From an uncultured delta proteobacterium (lineage in GTDB: Bacteria > Desulfobacterota > Binatia > UBA9968): DNA of 64,000 nucleotides. The DNA lies in NCBI GenBank assembly GCA_963727625.1, contig CAVSHR010000002.1, positions 416,001-480,000 on the forward strand, given 5' to 3'. Both the position numbers and the translations under genes were made by a program. The notes below the pieces were generated by a model. That model was not told the DNA's origin and made no database searches. It saw nothing but the letters and a program-made list of their open reading frames with translations. This document shows positions 41,436 through 51,604 of the stretch, piece after piece; positions within the stretch are counted from its first letter, which is position 1; each line of letters starts with the position of its first letter.

Positions 41436-42404
41436 CTATCCGTTCAACTTGGAGTATTTCTCGCGCAGCTTGGCATAGCGCGCGCCGCCTTCTTGGGCGC
41501 CTTTGACGAAGTCTTCGGGCATTACATTGTACGGCGGTCGGATCGGGCCGGGCTTGCAGTAGCCCGAAGCGCCCATCAGGACTTTTTCCATCTGGATATT
41601 GTACGACGCGAACACGTCCTGGGAACCGGTGATCATGTGATGCGGTTCGTTGGCCCAGGCGATGTCATCGGCCACGGCTTTGGCCTGCGGCGCGCTGCCG
41701 TCGGCGAGCGCCTTCATCAAGGCGATCCCGACCTGCGGGCCGACCGACGGCATCCAACAGGTCGTTTGCGACGCCGGGGACATTTGCGCGAACTCATAAG
41801 CGAGGCCGACCGGCGGGACGAAGTTGACCCGGCCTTTGACCGCCGCCACTGATTCTTTCAAGATCGCCTTGCTGGAAAACTTCGCCGACATGACGGTCGG
41901 TGCCTGGTCGACGACCCGCTGCCAGAAATCGACGCCGAAAGGAAAGCGAAAGGCGCGCGGGTTGGCATAAACCATGATCGGAAAATCGGGAAAGGTTTGC
42001 GCCACGTCGTGATAGAATTTCACTGCCATATCGAGGGTCGCGGGCTGCCACATGGGAATGCCGAGAAGCGTGCCGGTGGCGCCGAGCCCCTTGACGAATT
42101 TGATCCGCCGGGCGATTTCATGGCCGCCCAAGGCGGTGGTGCCGATGAACGTAGGAATGCGCCCGCGCACGGTTTTCACCACACAATCCACGTAGGCCTC
42201 GTAATCGCTTTGCGAAGTCGTCGCGCACTCGCCCATGGTGCCGAGTGCCATGATGCCGGCGGCGCCGTCGCGCACCAAACTTTCAGATAACCGCGCGGTT
42301 TCGTCCAAGTCCACGGTATCGGTTGCATCGAGACGGTCGGCTCCGGCTTTCGCCGGCGTCGGCATGATTGCCAAAACTCCTCGTAGATCTTTCGCGCTAA
42401 GCAT
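41436..42404 (-). CDS. DHDPS-family hydratase-aldolase (NahE-like)
   Basis: IMPTPAK, LGTMGECAT and VYANPRAF motifs. Confidence 0.85.
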   Translation of the reverse strand: MLSAKDLRGVLAIMPTPAKAGADRLDATDTVDLDETARLSESLVRDGAAGIMALGTMGECATTSQSDYEAYVDCVVKTVRGRIPTFIGTTALGGHEIARRIKFVKGLGATGTLLGIPMWQPATLDMAVKFYHDVAQTFPDFPIMVYANPRAFRFPFGVDFWQRVVDQAPTVMSAKFSSKAILKESVAAVKGRVNFVPPVGLAYEFAQMSPASQTTCWMPSVGPQVGIALMKALADGSAPQAKAVADDIAWANEPHHMITGSQDVFASYNIQMEKVLMGASGYCKPGPIRPPYNVMPEDFVKGAQEGGARYAKLREKYSKLNG

Positions 42405-42469
42405 ATTGGGACCTCCTCAATTTTGTTTGGGTCTTTTTCTGATCTTCTTGCCTTGTCTAACATGCGTCG

Positions 42470-43189
42470 TCAGCGGCAAGCAACGCGCGGCCTTGACAGC
42501 CGAACTGGCAAACGGCGCGTCAGGACTATGTTCCTCGGGGTCACTCGGGCTTGATAGGGCAGGGCTTCGACGCCTGCCTTGACGGCGCGGCGTAGCCAGC
42601 AGGCGTATTCCGCATCGATTTCGTCCGCTGGACGAAAATAGTCACAGTCGCCGCGTTGGACCACGAAAACAATCGCGGCGCGATGGCCTTGGCGTTTGAG
42701 CCGCATAAGCTCTTTAAGGTGTTTCGTCGCCCGTTCGCTGATCGCGTCGGGAAAGGCCGCGGCGCGCTCGATCGCGAGCGTGACGTTTTTCACTTCGACG
42801 AAGCAGCGCTCCTGGTTTCGTTCCAGGCAAAGGTCGAGGCGGCTGTGGGCGCTGACTTTGACTTCGCGGCGCACAATCGGATAGCCGCGCAGTTCGGCGA
42901 TGATGCCGGCTTCGACCGCTTCAGCGACCAGTCGGTTCGGGTGCATCGTGTTGATGCCGACCCAGGCGCGATCGATCCGAATCATTTCCCAAGTGTGAGC
43001 GAGCTTGCGCTTGGGATTATCGCTCAGGGAGAGATAGACAGCGCTGCCGGGCTCCTTGCAGCCGAGCATGCTGCCGGTGTTGGTGCAGTGCGCGGTGACA
43101 ATCCGGTCGTCGGCCAGTCGAACGTCGGCGAGAAAGCGCTTGTAGCGTTGAATGAGCGTGCCGCGGATGAGCTTCGATGGAAAACGCAT
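42470..43189 (-). CDS. sfsA: DNA/RNA nuclease SfsA
   Basis: RYKRFLAD, HCTNTGSM, VEVKNVT and FPDA motifs. Confidence 0.95.
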   Translation of the reverse strand: MRFPSKLIRGTLIQRYKRFLADVRLADDRIVTAHCTNTGSMLGCKEPGSAVYLSLSDNPKRKLAHTWEMIRIDRAWVGINTMHPNRLVAEAVEAGIIAELRGYPIVRREVKVSAHSRLDLCLERNQERCFVEVKNVTLAIERAAAFPDAISERATKHLKELMRLKRQGHRAAIVFVVQRGDCDYFRPADEIDAEYACWLRRAVKAGVEALPYQARVTPRNIVLTRRLPVRLSRPRVACR

Positions 43190-43299
43190 GACCAGAGTTA
43201 TAGCGAATGACGCCGGCGATTCCCAATCGTCGAATGCTTTCTTGAACTGGAAGTGGCGCTTTGTTAGCTTCGGATGACCAATTCACGGATGGAGACCAG

Positions 43300-45516
43300 A
43301 TGGCGAAGCGATCACTGAAATACGTCGGCCATAGCGTTGCGCGTGTGGACGGCATAGAAAAGGTTACCGGCAAGGCGAAGTTCGTCGGCGACTTGAACAT
43401 TTCCGGCATGCTCCACGGCAAAATTCTCCGCAGCCCCTATCCGCACGCGCGGATTCGTTCGATCGACGCGGGTTCGGCCGAGGCGGTCCCCGGCGTGGTT
43501 GCGGTTTTGACCGCGGCCGATATCGCTGACCTCAATCCGATTTACAACGGTAGACCCGTGATCGCGATGAACAAGGTGCGCTACGTCGGCGAACCGGTGG
43601 CGGCGGTGGCGGCGGTGGATTTGGCGACCGCCGAGGAAGCCCTGGCGCTGATTCAGGTCGAATACGAAGAGCTGCCGGCCGCGGTGGGCATCGAAGCGGC
43701 GCTGAAGAGTGATGCACCGCTGATTCACGAAGAGAAAAGCAGCAATGTCGGCACCCATGAAAAAGTCAGCCGCGGTAACGTCGACGCCGGCTTTGCCGAG
43801 TCTGACGAGATTGCCGAAGATTGGTTTACCTTTCCGATGGTTTATCATTACGCCATGGAGCCGCACTCGGCCATCGCGCACTACGGCGAGGACGAGATCA
43901 CCGTCTGGTCGTCGGCGCAGCATCCGTTTCAGGTGCGCGGCGATATCTCGCGAGTCTTCAAACTGCCGCCGTCGAAAGTGCGCCTGATCATCAGTTATTT
44001 AGGCGGCGGCTACGGCAGCAAGTCCTACACTAAATTCGAACCGCTGGTGGTGGCGCTGGCGCGCAAGGCAAAGCAGCCGGTGCGCATCTGCAACTCGGTG
44101 GGCGAGTCGATGGTGACGGTGCGCCGCCACGGCGCGCGCGTGCGGGTCAAGACCGGCGTCAAACGCGACGGCACGATCATGGCGCGCGAGGCGGAAATTT
44201 ATCTCGACACTGGCGGCTACGACGACAACGGACCGCAGGTGACAGCGCGCTCGGCGACGCGGGTGATCGGGCCCTACTGGATTCCCAACATCCGCACCGA
44301 CGCCTATCAAGTTTATACCAATACCGGCTCGGCGGGCTCATACCGCGCCATCGGCGCACCGCAAGTGATCTATGCCGGCGAGTCGCAGATTGAAATGCTC
44401 GCGGCGAAGATCGGCATGGACCCGGCCGAGCTCCGGCTGAAAAATTTGCTTAAGAGAGGCCAAGAGCTGCGCTCCGGCCTGAAAGGCATCGACGCTAACT
44501 TGGCATCGAGCCTCAAGAGCCTGGTACGGGCGAGCGGCTGGAAAAAGTCGATCAAGAAAAAGCGCGCCGCCATCGGTATGGGTTGCGCGATCACCAACGC
44601 CGGCGCCACACCGGTCTCGGTAGCCTTGATTCGCATGCAGTCCGACGGCATCGCCAACATCGCCGCCGGCAGTACCGAGATGGGGCAGGGGGTGCGCACG
44701 ACCTTGACTCAGATCGCCGCCGAAGAGCTGACGCTGCCGATGGAGCAATTCCGCATGGTCGGAGCGGACACCAAAGTGACGCCTTACGATAGCTCCACCG
44801 GCTCGAGCCGATCGACCACGCTGATGGGCACTGCGGTGCAAAAGGCGGCGCGAGACCTGAAGCAACAGTTGATCAAAATAGGCGCACAGACCATGGGCGT
44901 GAAGCCAAGGCAAGTCCGAGTCGAAGACGGCGCGCTGATCTGCGGCGAGTCGCGGCTTAGCTTCAAAGAGGCCTTCGAGCGGCGCTTCGGCAAGGGCTCG
45001 GGCGGAGAGATGATCGGCCGGGGCGAAGCCGGTCCGGAGATTACCGGCAACCAACTGCCGGTTTTCTGGGAGATCGGGATGGGCATGGCCGAGGTCGACA
45101 TCGATCGCGAAACCGGCGAAGTGACGCTCAAGAAATTCATCTCGGTCGCCGACGTCGGCAAGGCGATCCATCCCGAGCATTGCGCCGCCCAAGAAGAAGG
45201 CGCGGCGATGCAGGGCATCGGCCATACGTTTTTCGAGCAATTGATCTACGACAACGGCCAGCTGGTCAATCCGAATCTGGTCGATTACCGGATTCCAACT
45301 TTTGACGACATACCCGAAGAGTTTCATACCGCGCTGGTCGAGAACGGCGATGGGCCTGGGCCCTTCGGTGTGCGCGGCATGGCCGAGGGCGGCATTCTTT
45401 CCGTGGCGCCGTCGGTTTGCAACGCCATCGATCGCGCCACTGGCGTGCGTATCAAAGATTTGCCGCTGACGCCCGAACGGGTTTGGCGCGCGTTGAAGGA
45501 TGGTTCGAAGCCGTGA
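43300..45516 (+). CDS. Xanthine dehydrogenase family molybdopterin-binding subunit
   Basis: KVTGKAKF, GGGYGSK, YRAIG, EMGQG and GVRGMAE motifs. Confidence 0.93.
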   Translation: MAKRSLKYVGHSVARVDGIEKVTGKAKFVGDLNISGMLHGKILRSPYPHARIRSIDAGSAEAVPGVVAVLTAADIADLNPIYNGRPVIAMNKVRYVGEPVAAVAAVDLATAEEALALIQVEYEELPAAVGIEAALKSDAPLIHEEKSSNVGTHEKVSRGNVDAGFAESDEIAEDWFTFPMVYHYAMEPHSAIAHYGEDEITVWSSAQHPFQVRGDISRVFKLPPSKVRLIISYLGGGYGSKSYTKFEPLVVALARKAKQPVRICNSVGESMVTVRRHGARVRVKTGVKRDGTIMAREAEIYLDTGGYDDNGPQVTARSATRVIGPYWIPNIRTDAYQVYTNTGSAGSYRAIGAPQVIYAGESQIEMLAAKIGMDPAELRLKNLLKRGQELRSGLKGIDANLASSLKSLVRASGWKKSIKKKRAAIGMGCAITNAGATPVSVALIRMQSDGIANIAAGSTEMGQGVRTTLTQIAAEELTLPMEQFRMVGADTKVTPYDSSTGSSRSTTLMGTAVQKAARDLKQQLIKIGAQTMGVKPRQVRVEDGALICGESRLSFKEAFERRFGKGSGGEMIGRGEAGPEITGNQLPVFWEIGMGMAEVDIDRETGEVTLKKFISVADVGKAIHPEHCAAQEEGAAMQGIGHTFFEQLIYDNGQLVNPNLVDYRIPTFDDIPEEFHTALVENGDGPGPFGVRGMAEGGILSVAPSVCNAIDRATGVRIKDLPLTPERVWRALKDGSKP

Positions 45517-45530
45517 GCGACTCCCAACCC

Positions 45531-46025
45531 ATGGCAAATTTTTTGATTCGCCCGGCGACAACGGCGGATGTGCCGGTGATCCTCGGCTTCATCAAGAAGC
45601 TCGCCGAATACGAGCGGCTTTCCCATGAAGTCGTAGCGAGCGAAGAGCTGCTTCGCGAAACTCTCTTCGGCCAGCGCCGCACCGCCGAGGTAGCGATCGC
45701 TTGCTTCGAGAAAGAGCCGGTCGGTTTCGTCTTGTTCTTTCACAACTACTCGACGTTTCTCGGCCGTCCGGGCATTTATATCGAAGATCTGTTCGTTGAC
45801 GAGGCGTACCGTCGGCGCGGTTTCGGCACGGCTTTGCTTCACTACGTCGCCTACCTGGCGAATGAACGGCAGTGTGGCAGACTGGAATGGTCGGTGCTGG
45901 ATTGGAACCGGCCGGCGATCAACTTTTATAAAAAACTCGGTGCCGTGCCGATGAGCGACTGGACGGTGTTCAGGGTGACCGGAGAAGCGCTGAATAAATT
46001 GGGCGGCGCGGAGAAGGAGAGTTAA
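45531..46025 (+). CDS. GNAT acetyltransferase (SSAT-like)
   Basis: YIEDLFV..RRRGFG and WSVLDWN motifs. Confidence 0.92.
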   Translation: MANFLIRPATTADVPVILGFIKKLAEYERLSHEVVASEELLRETLFGQRRTAEVAIACFEKEPVGFVLFFHNYSTFLGRPGIYIEDLFVDEAYRRRGFGTALLHYVAYLANERQCGRLEWSVLDWNRPAINFYKKLGAVPMSDWTVFRVTGEALNKLGGAEKES

Positions 46026-46074
46026 AATCAGTTCTCTTTTCGCGTTGGGTGCTCGCGTTGGCGACGATCTCGCC

Positions 46075-46737
46075 TCAATCGCCTTCCAAGGGGATTGTAA
46101 TCTTGATTTCCGTGCCTTTGCCGGGCGCCGTTTCGATTGTCAGTTGACCGCCGATTCTGCGAATTCTTTCTTCCATGCCTTTGAGCCCATAATGGCTGCT
46201 GCCGCTGCTCGATGCAGGATCAAACCCCACGCCATTGTCGCGCAGGCTGGCTTCGCAAGCCTGTTGCGTCTTTGTGAGGGCGAGATGCAACTCGGTGGCG
46301 CGGGAGTGACGGACGGCGTTTAAAATTCCTTCGCGCAGCGTAAAGTACAACTCGCGTTCGATCGGCAGCGGCAAGTCATGGGCGCCGACGGCGCAGTGGA
46401 AATCGAGATCGAAGCCCGTACGCGCGCAGAATATGTCCAATTCTTGCTTGAGCCGGCGTTCCAGGGTGCCCGCTTGCAGTTCTCCCCTGCCCTGGTTTTC
46501 GGTCAGTAAGTTGCGGATCTCGGTGATCGCTTTGTCGATGCCTTCTTCAATGGCGCGGAGTTCCGTTGCGAGTGCGGCGCGATTATCGAGCAGCTGGCGC
46601 CGTGAGCTTTCGGCGCGGAGTCGCGCGCCCGATAGCAGTTGTAGCACCCGGTCGTGCAGCTCGCGCGAGATCCGTTGCCGCTCGGCGGCAACGGCATCTC
46701 GCGCCTGATCGGTAGCTTTTTTGGTTATGTCAGCCAA
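46075..46737 (-). CDS. Histidine kinase (HisKA_3 plus HATPase) with no sensor domain
   Basis: ERQRISRELHD, NAVRHS, DNGVGF and GLKGMEER motifs. Confidence 0.88.
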   Translation of the reverse strand: MADITKKATDQARDAVAAERQRISRELHDRVLQLLSGARLRAESSRRQLLDNRAALATELRAIEEGIDKAITEIRNLLTENQGRGELQAGTLERRLKQELDIFCARTGFDLDFHCAVGAHDLPLPIERELYFTLREGILNAVRHSRATELHLALTKTQQACEASLRDNGVGFDPASSSGSSHYGLKGMEERIRRIGGQLTIETAPGKGTEIKITIPLEGD

Positions 46738-46894
46738 GTTTCTTGCTCCGTCCCTTGCGCTTATTCAATAACCTTCGAGCGAATCAATCAATTAGCCAGG
46801 CCGGTACCTGGTACCTGCCCCGCCGCTCCATAGCTCGGGCGTCCGGCAATTGTTTGTCTCTTGGAACTACCGAGGCCTGCGGTTATCCGCCTTT

Positions 46895-47611
46895 TTACTT
46901 AGCGCTCAGATGGCGCGCCAGAAAATCCAGCGTGCGTGGCCAGGACGCCTCGTCGGCGTGACGCCGGTAGCTGTCCTTGGTGCTATCCATGAACGCATGC
47001 GCTGCGTCGGCATAAGAGTAAAATTCATGGGGCTTGTCGAGTTTCCTGAGCTCGGCGTCAAGCTTCGCCATGTCTTCGGGGGATGGATTGGCGTCATTCG
47101 CTCCGAAATGGCCTTGGATTGGACAATGAAGCTCGGCGGTGCGCTCGAACGGCGAAGGAAGGTCACGGCCCCATGCACGGAAGGTGTTGCCGGGGTAATA
47201 CACCACGGCTGCTTTGAAGGCCGGATGGGCTGCGGCCAGCAGATAAGCGACGCGGCCGCCCATGCAAAATCCGATGACGCCGAGACGGGAACCGTCGACC
47301 GATCTCTGGCGCTTTAGAAATTCAATCGTCGCAGCAGCGTCGTTGATTATGCGCCGATCGCTGAGCCGCGAGCGACGGGTGACGAGATCGTCTTTACAGT
47401 CCGGTCCGTCGCGGTGGTAAAGGTCCGGCGCGGCAGCGAGATAACCGGATTGGGCAAGCCGTTGGGTCATCTGCTGGATAAACTCATCCACACCGCCTTG
47501 GTGCTGGATTACGACCATGGCCGGAAACGGATCGACGCCTTCGGGAACGCTCACATGCAGGCGCATGGAGCTGTTATCGGATTCCGTGGTTTGCCAGCTT
47601 GATTGAGTCAT
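46895..47611 (-). CDS. Dienelactone hydrolase family protein
   Basis: GFCMGG and HAF motifs. Confidence 0.92.
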   Translation of the reverse strand: MTQSSWQTTESDNSSMRLHVSVPEGVDPFPAMVVIQHQGGVDEFIQQMTQRLAQSGYLAAAPDLYHRDGPDCKDDLVTRRSRLSDRRIINDAAATIEFLKRQRSVDGSRLGVIGFCMGGRVAYLLAAAHPAFKAAVVYYPGNTFRAWGRDLPSPFERTAELHCPIQGHFGANDANPSPEDMAKLDAELRKLDKPHEFYSYADAAHAFMDSTKDSYRRHADEASWPRTLDFLARHLSAK

Positions 47612-47680
47612 ATCGCCTCCATAGTCGAACAGCTGCGCGCTCTTGATGCTCGCAGAGCCGTCTATTTTTGTTTTGGTTGT

Positions 47681-48379
47681 TTACGCCAACAGATCGACGA
47701 TTGATAGAAGACTCGTCACCCGATCCGGGTCGGGGCGATCGTCCGTATTGTGCCGGTCGACGAGCATGCCCCTCAGGCCGGCGTCATTGGCGCCGCGTCG
47801 GTCGTTGATCTCGCTGTCGCCGACATGCAGACTCTCTTCGGGTCTGAGTTCGTAACGCGCCAGAGCGGCGTGAAAAATCTCGGGATCCGGTTTGGCATAG
47901 CCGACCCGGCTCGAAACAAAAATATCTTCGAACCATGAGCCGATCCCAAGACCCTCCAGGATTTGCACCAAGCGCGAATCGAAATTGGAAATGACGCCGA
48001 GAACCAAGCCCTGTTGTTTGAGCGCGACCAGCGTGCCGGTCACCTCGGGGTAGATCATCCACGAGCCGGCTTGGGCGAAATAGGCGAACAGCTCGTCGAA
48101 AAATTCGTCAAAGCGCGCCATCGGGCCCCAGGGCCGGAATATTTCCGCTACCACACGCTTCCACCAATCTTTTTCCAAGGCGCCGATGGTTGCCTCGCTG
48201 GCGCCGGGGAAAGCGAGCCGCGGTGCGGCCTCAAAGCAGGTTCGGAAGCGCTCCGCAATCTCGGCGGGCGAGAGCTGGACGCCATACTTGGCGGCGAACG
48301 CTACGTAGCTTTCACCGACGCCGCGGGTGGGTTTGATCAGTGTACCCGCTGCGTCAAAAAAAACCGCTTTGATCGTCAT
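47681..48379 (-). CDS. HAD-IA family hydrolase
   Basis: FDAAGTL, SNFD, KPDP and HVGDS motifs. Confidence 0.92.
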   Translation of the reverse strand: MTIKAVFFDAAGTLIKPTRGVGESYVAFAAKYGVQLSPAEIAERFRTCFEAAPRLAFPGASEATIGALEKDWWKRVVAEIFRPWGPMARFDEFFDELFAYFAQAGSWMIYPEVTGTLVALKQQGLVLGVISNFDSRLVQILEGLGIGSWFEDIFVSSRVGYAKPDPEIFHAALARYELRPEESLHVGDSEINDRRGANDAGLRGMLVDRHNTDDRPDPDRVTSLLSIVDLLA

Positions 48380-48449
48380 GATGTGTGCCCGGTGAAGTGG
48401 CGCTTTTGCGCAATTGCAACGACGCTAGCATGCTTTATAATTAAAATCG

Positions 48450-49040
48450 ATGCAGGAAAAGGCCGCGCTTATAATCGTCGACGTGCAAAACGACTTCTGT
48501 CCCGGTGGGACCCTCGCCGTGCAGGACGGCGCGGCGGTGGTGCCGGCCTTGAATCGCTACATTGCCCGCTTCAAAGCCGCCGGACTGCCGGTCTTTGCCA
48601 CGCGCGATTGGCATCCCGCCAGGACCGGTCATTTTAAAGACTTCGGCGGCGCATGGCCGGCGCATTGTGTGCAGGGCACAAAGGGCGCCGCGTTCCACCC
48701 CGATTTGAAGCTCGATGATGACATCATCGTCGTATCCAAAGGTACGGCGGCGGACGAAGACGCCTACTCGGGTTTTCAGGGGGCGGATCAAGCGCACATT
48801 CCGCTTGCCGAGCTCTTGCGCGCGCAGGGCATCAACAGGATTTTTATCGGCGGTTTGGCGACCGACTATTGTGTGAAAGCCACCGCGCTCGACGGTCTCA
48901 AACATGGCTTCAAAGTGGTTTTGCTCGGCGATGCGATTCGCGGTGTTAATCTTAACCCCAACGATTCCGACCTGGCTCTGAGCGCCATGGCGGAGGCCGG
49001 CACCGATCGCATTGCAAATGTTGAGGAACTGCCGTTCTAA
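48450..49040 (+). CDS. pncA: Nicotinamidase/pyrazinamidase
   Basis: DVQNDFCPGG, DWHP, WPAHCVQ and ATDYCV motifs. Confidence 0.92.
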   Translation: MQEKAALIIVDVQNDFCPGGTLAVQDGAAVVPALNRYIARFKAAGLPVFATRDWHPARTGHFKDFGGAWPAHCVQGTKGAAFHPDLKLDDDIIVVSKGTAADEDAYSGFQGADQAHIPLAELLRAQGINRIFIGGLATDYCVKATALDGLKHGFKVVLLGDAIRGVNLNPNDSDLALSAMAEAGTDRIANVEELPF

Positions 49041-49125
49041 GCGGCGCGCCGTCAACCGGGTTGCCCAATCGCTGGTTCTAGGGTTGAATGGCTAAATAAA
49101 TTTCAAGTGAGAGTAAGGAGCACAG

Positions 49126-49956
49126 TTGACGAATCAATTCGAATTTAGCATGGAATTGGCGGCGGCGGAGGCGTCCGCCCGGGACGCCGGCGCCGCGGTC
49201 ATGAGTCTTTTCAAGGGCAAATACGACGTGCGGGAGAAAAGCAAAAATAATCCGGTCACCTCCGCTGACCTCGAAGCCAATCGCATTATTCGCGAAAGGA
49301 TCGGCGAGAGTTTTCCGCGCGATGGCTGGCTGTCCGAAGAAGATCAAGACAATTCTCGTCGGTTGGCCCTATCGCGCGTTTGGGTGGTCGATCCGATCGA
49401 CGGAACCAAAGAGTTCATCGAGGGCGTGCCGCAATTTGCCATCTCGATCGCCTTCGTCGTCGAAGGGCGGCCCAAAGTCGCCGTGGTTTTCAATCCGGCC
49501 AACCAGCGTTTCTACAAAGCGTCGTCGGGGCAGGGCGCCTATCTAAACGATGCGCCGATTCACGTGAATCCGCGCAACGATATCGCCGGAGCTTTGCTGC
49601 TTGTGAGCCGTTCGGAGCCGCAGAAAAAATTTCAGGTGTTCGTCGACAGCTGCGAAATCAAACCCGTCGGCAGTATCGCCTACCGGCTAGCCAAGGTCGC
49701 CGGCGGCGACGGCGACGGCACGATCACTTTTCGAACCATCCATGAGTGGGACATCTGCGCCGGCGTATTGATGGTGGAAGAGGCCGGCGGCACAGTCGTC
49801 GACGGCGCCGGCGCGCGGCTGATGTTCAATCGCCAATTGCCCAAGCATCGCGGCGTCGTGGCCGCCAACCCCGCCTTGACGGCGGGTCTTCAGGGATTGT
49901 GGGCGCATGCGATGGGCGACAAACCGTTACCGGAGGCGAGCGGAGGTCGCAACTGA
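49126..49956 (+). CDS. cysQ: CysQ/inositol monophosphatase family protein
   Basis: LSEE, WVVDPIDGTKEF and EWDICAG motifs. Confidence 0.8.
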   Translation: MTNQFEFSMELAAAEASARDAGAAVMSLFKGKYDVREKSKNNPVTSADLEANRIIRERIGESFPRDGWLSEEDQDNSRRLALSRVWVVDPIDGTKEFIEGVPQFAISIAFVVEGRPKVAVVFNPANQRFYKASSGQGAYLNDAPIHVNPRNDIAGALLLVSRSEPQKKFQVFVDSCEIKPVGSIAYRLAKVAGGDGDGTITFRTIHEWDICAGVLMVEEAGGTVVDGAGARLMFNRQLPKHRGVVAANPALTAGLQGLWAHAMGDKPLPEASGGRN

Positions 49957-50285
49957 TGCGTAAATGCTTGTATTGCGGTGAACGGGCCGGATTGTTGGGC
50001 CGTGTCTGCGGCGATTGTAAAAAGCTCCTCGCGCGGGTTGAGGAGCTGCGCGGCAAGGTGAGCTACGGGCAATTCCTCGACGGTCTGGGACAAACCGGTG
50101 TCGCCAAGGAAAAGATTTTAGTCTTTCTCAACGCCGATCCGGACAGTAACGGCAGCATTCAGGATCAGGTGACCGCTGAGATGTCCACTGAGTTGATGAA
50201 CATCATGGGCATGTCCGGGCGCCAGACCGCCAAAGAGGTCAAACGAATCCGCGGTACCGTGGAGAAAGAATCCGAGAAAGCTTAA
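49956..50285 (+). CDS. Hypothetical protein with N-terminal CxxC..CxxC
   Basis: MRKCLYCGERAGLLGRVCGDC; overlaps the upstream stop. Confidence 0.75.
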   Translation: MRKCLYCGERAGLLGRVCGDCKKLLARVEELRGKVSYGQFLDGLGQTGVAKEKILVFLNADPDSNGSIQDQVTAEMSTELMNIMGMSGRQTAKEVKRIRGTVEKESEKA

Positions 50286-50298
50286 ATTCGAGCCCGGC

Positions 50299-50778
50299 AT
50301 GGAAGTCACAATTTATCTATCGCTGATTTTTTTGACACTTTACTTGGCGGGTTTGGTGATTCATCGCTGGATTTTTCTGCGCGATAAACGGCGCATGGCG
50401 GAAGAGAGCCGTAGCGGCGGACGGCTGGTTGCCAAGGTCGGCGATCTCGCTCCCGGGACGGTAAGAAAGTTCTGGCTGATCTGCCAGAAATATCGATTGG
50501 ATGCATTTTTGATCAACGATAGAGGAAACTTTCACGCCTACGTGAATCGCTGCCGGCATATGCCGACGCCGTTGGATTTTGTCCGCGACGAATTTGTCAG
50601 CGATGACGGCCGATTTTTGAGATGTTATACCCATGGCGCGCTTTATGAGTTCGCTACCGGCGAATGCGTGGACGGTCCGTGCAAAGGCGAATTTCTTTAC
50701 CGCCTACCGGTTCGGGTGGACCGGGAAGATGTTCTGGTGGGCTGTCCGGACGGCGACTTGAAGCATCTTGCAGATTGA
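50299..50778 (+). CDS. Membrane-anchored Rieske 2Fe-2S protein
   Basis: CRH..CYTHG motifs; N-terminal TM. Confidence 0.88.
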   Translation: MEVTIYLSLIFLTLYLAGLVIHRWIFLRDKRRMAEESRSGGRLVAKVGDLAPGTVRKFWLICQKYRLDAFLINDRGNFHAYVNRCRHMPTPLDFVRDEFVSDDGRFLRCYTHGALYEFATGECVDGPCKGEFLYRLPVRVDREDVLVGCPDGDLKHLAD

Positions 50779-50789
50779 GGAGCGACTCG

Positions 50790-51167
50790 ATGGGCAAAGC
50801 GGAAAAAAAATCGGCGCGAAAAATGGTCGGTGCGGTGGGCGAGATCGAACATGGCAAAAGCAAGAAGTTCACCTTGCGCCGCGGCCAACGCGAACTGGAG
50901 GCTTTGCTGGTCAATTATAAAGGGCAGCACTTTGCCTACATCAATCGTTGCCCGCACACCGGCATTACGCTGGACTGGGTCAACAATCAATTCTTCAGCT
51001 CGGACAACCGTTACATCATGTGCGCGACCCATGGCGCGGTGTTCGAGCCGCCGACCGGAGAATGCGTCTGGGGGCCCTGCTTTGGTTTGTCGCTCCAGAG
51101 CGTGCCGGTGGAAATCGAAGAGGGACGGATTTACGCGCGTTTGCCAGGCGCGGCGGACGACGAGTGA
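50790..51167 (+). CDS. Rieske 2Fe-2S protein
   Basis: CPH..CATHG motifs. Confidence 0.9.
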   Translation: MGKAEKKSARKMVGAVGEIEHGKSKKFTLRRGQRELEALLVNYKGQHFAYINRCPHTGITLDWVNNQFFSSDNRYIMCATHGAVFEPPTGECVWGPCFGLSLQSVPVEIEEGRIYARLPGAADDE

Positions 51168-51212
51168 GGTTTCGGCATCATTGAGGCGGCAAGCGAAACT
51201 CAGGAGCGCGCG

Positions 51213-51557
51213 ATGGCAGATTGTCTTTTTTGCGGTATTGTTGAGGGAAGGATCAAGGCAAATCTCGTCTATCAGGACGAGCGCGTGGTCGCCTTCAAAG
51301 ATATCAACCCCAAGGCTCCGGTCCACATTCTGATCATTCCGCGCAAGCATCTGCCCGGCGTGCTCGATATCGAGCCATCAGACGGCGCTTTGATCGGCGA
51401 GATTTTTCAAGTCGCCGGGCGCTTGGCGCGCGAGCATGGCATTGCCGAACCGGGCTTTCGCATCGTCGTCAATTCCGGCTCCGATGCGGGCCAGAGCGTT
51501 TTTCATCTGCACTACCATCTTCTTGGCGGGCGGCAGATGAGCTGGCCACCGGGATAG
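51213..51557 (+). CDS. HIT family nucleotide-binding protein
   Basis: CLFC and HLHYH motifs. Confidence 0.93.
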   Translation: MADCLFCGIVEGRIKANLVYQDERVVAFKDINPKAPVHILIIPRKHLPGVLDIEPSDGALIGEIFQVAGRLAREHGIAEPGFRIVVNSGSDAGQSVFHLHYHLLGGRQMSWPPG

Positions 51558-51604
51558 CCTAGTCACAATCTGCAGCTTCTTAATCAGCGATCGTGGAGGG
51601 TCCG

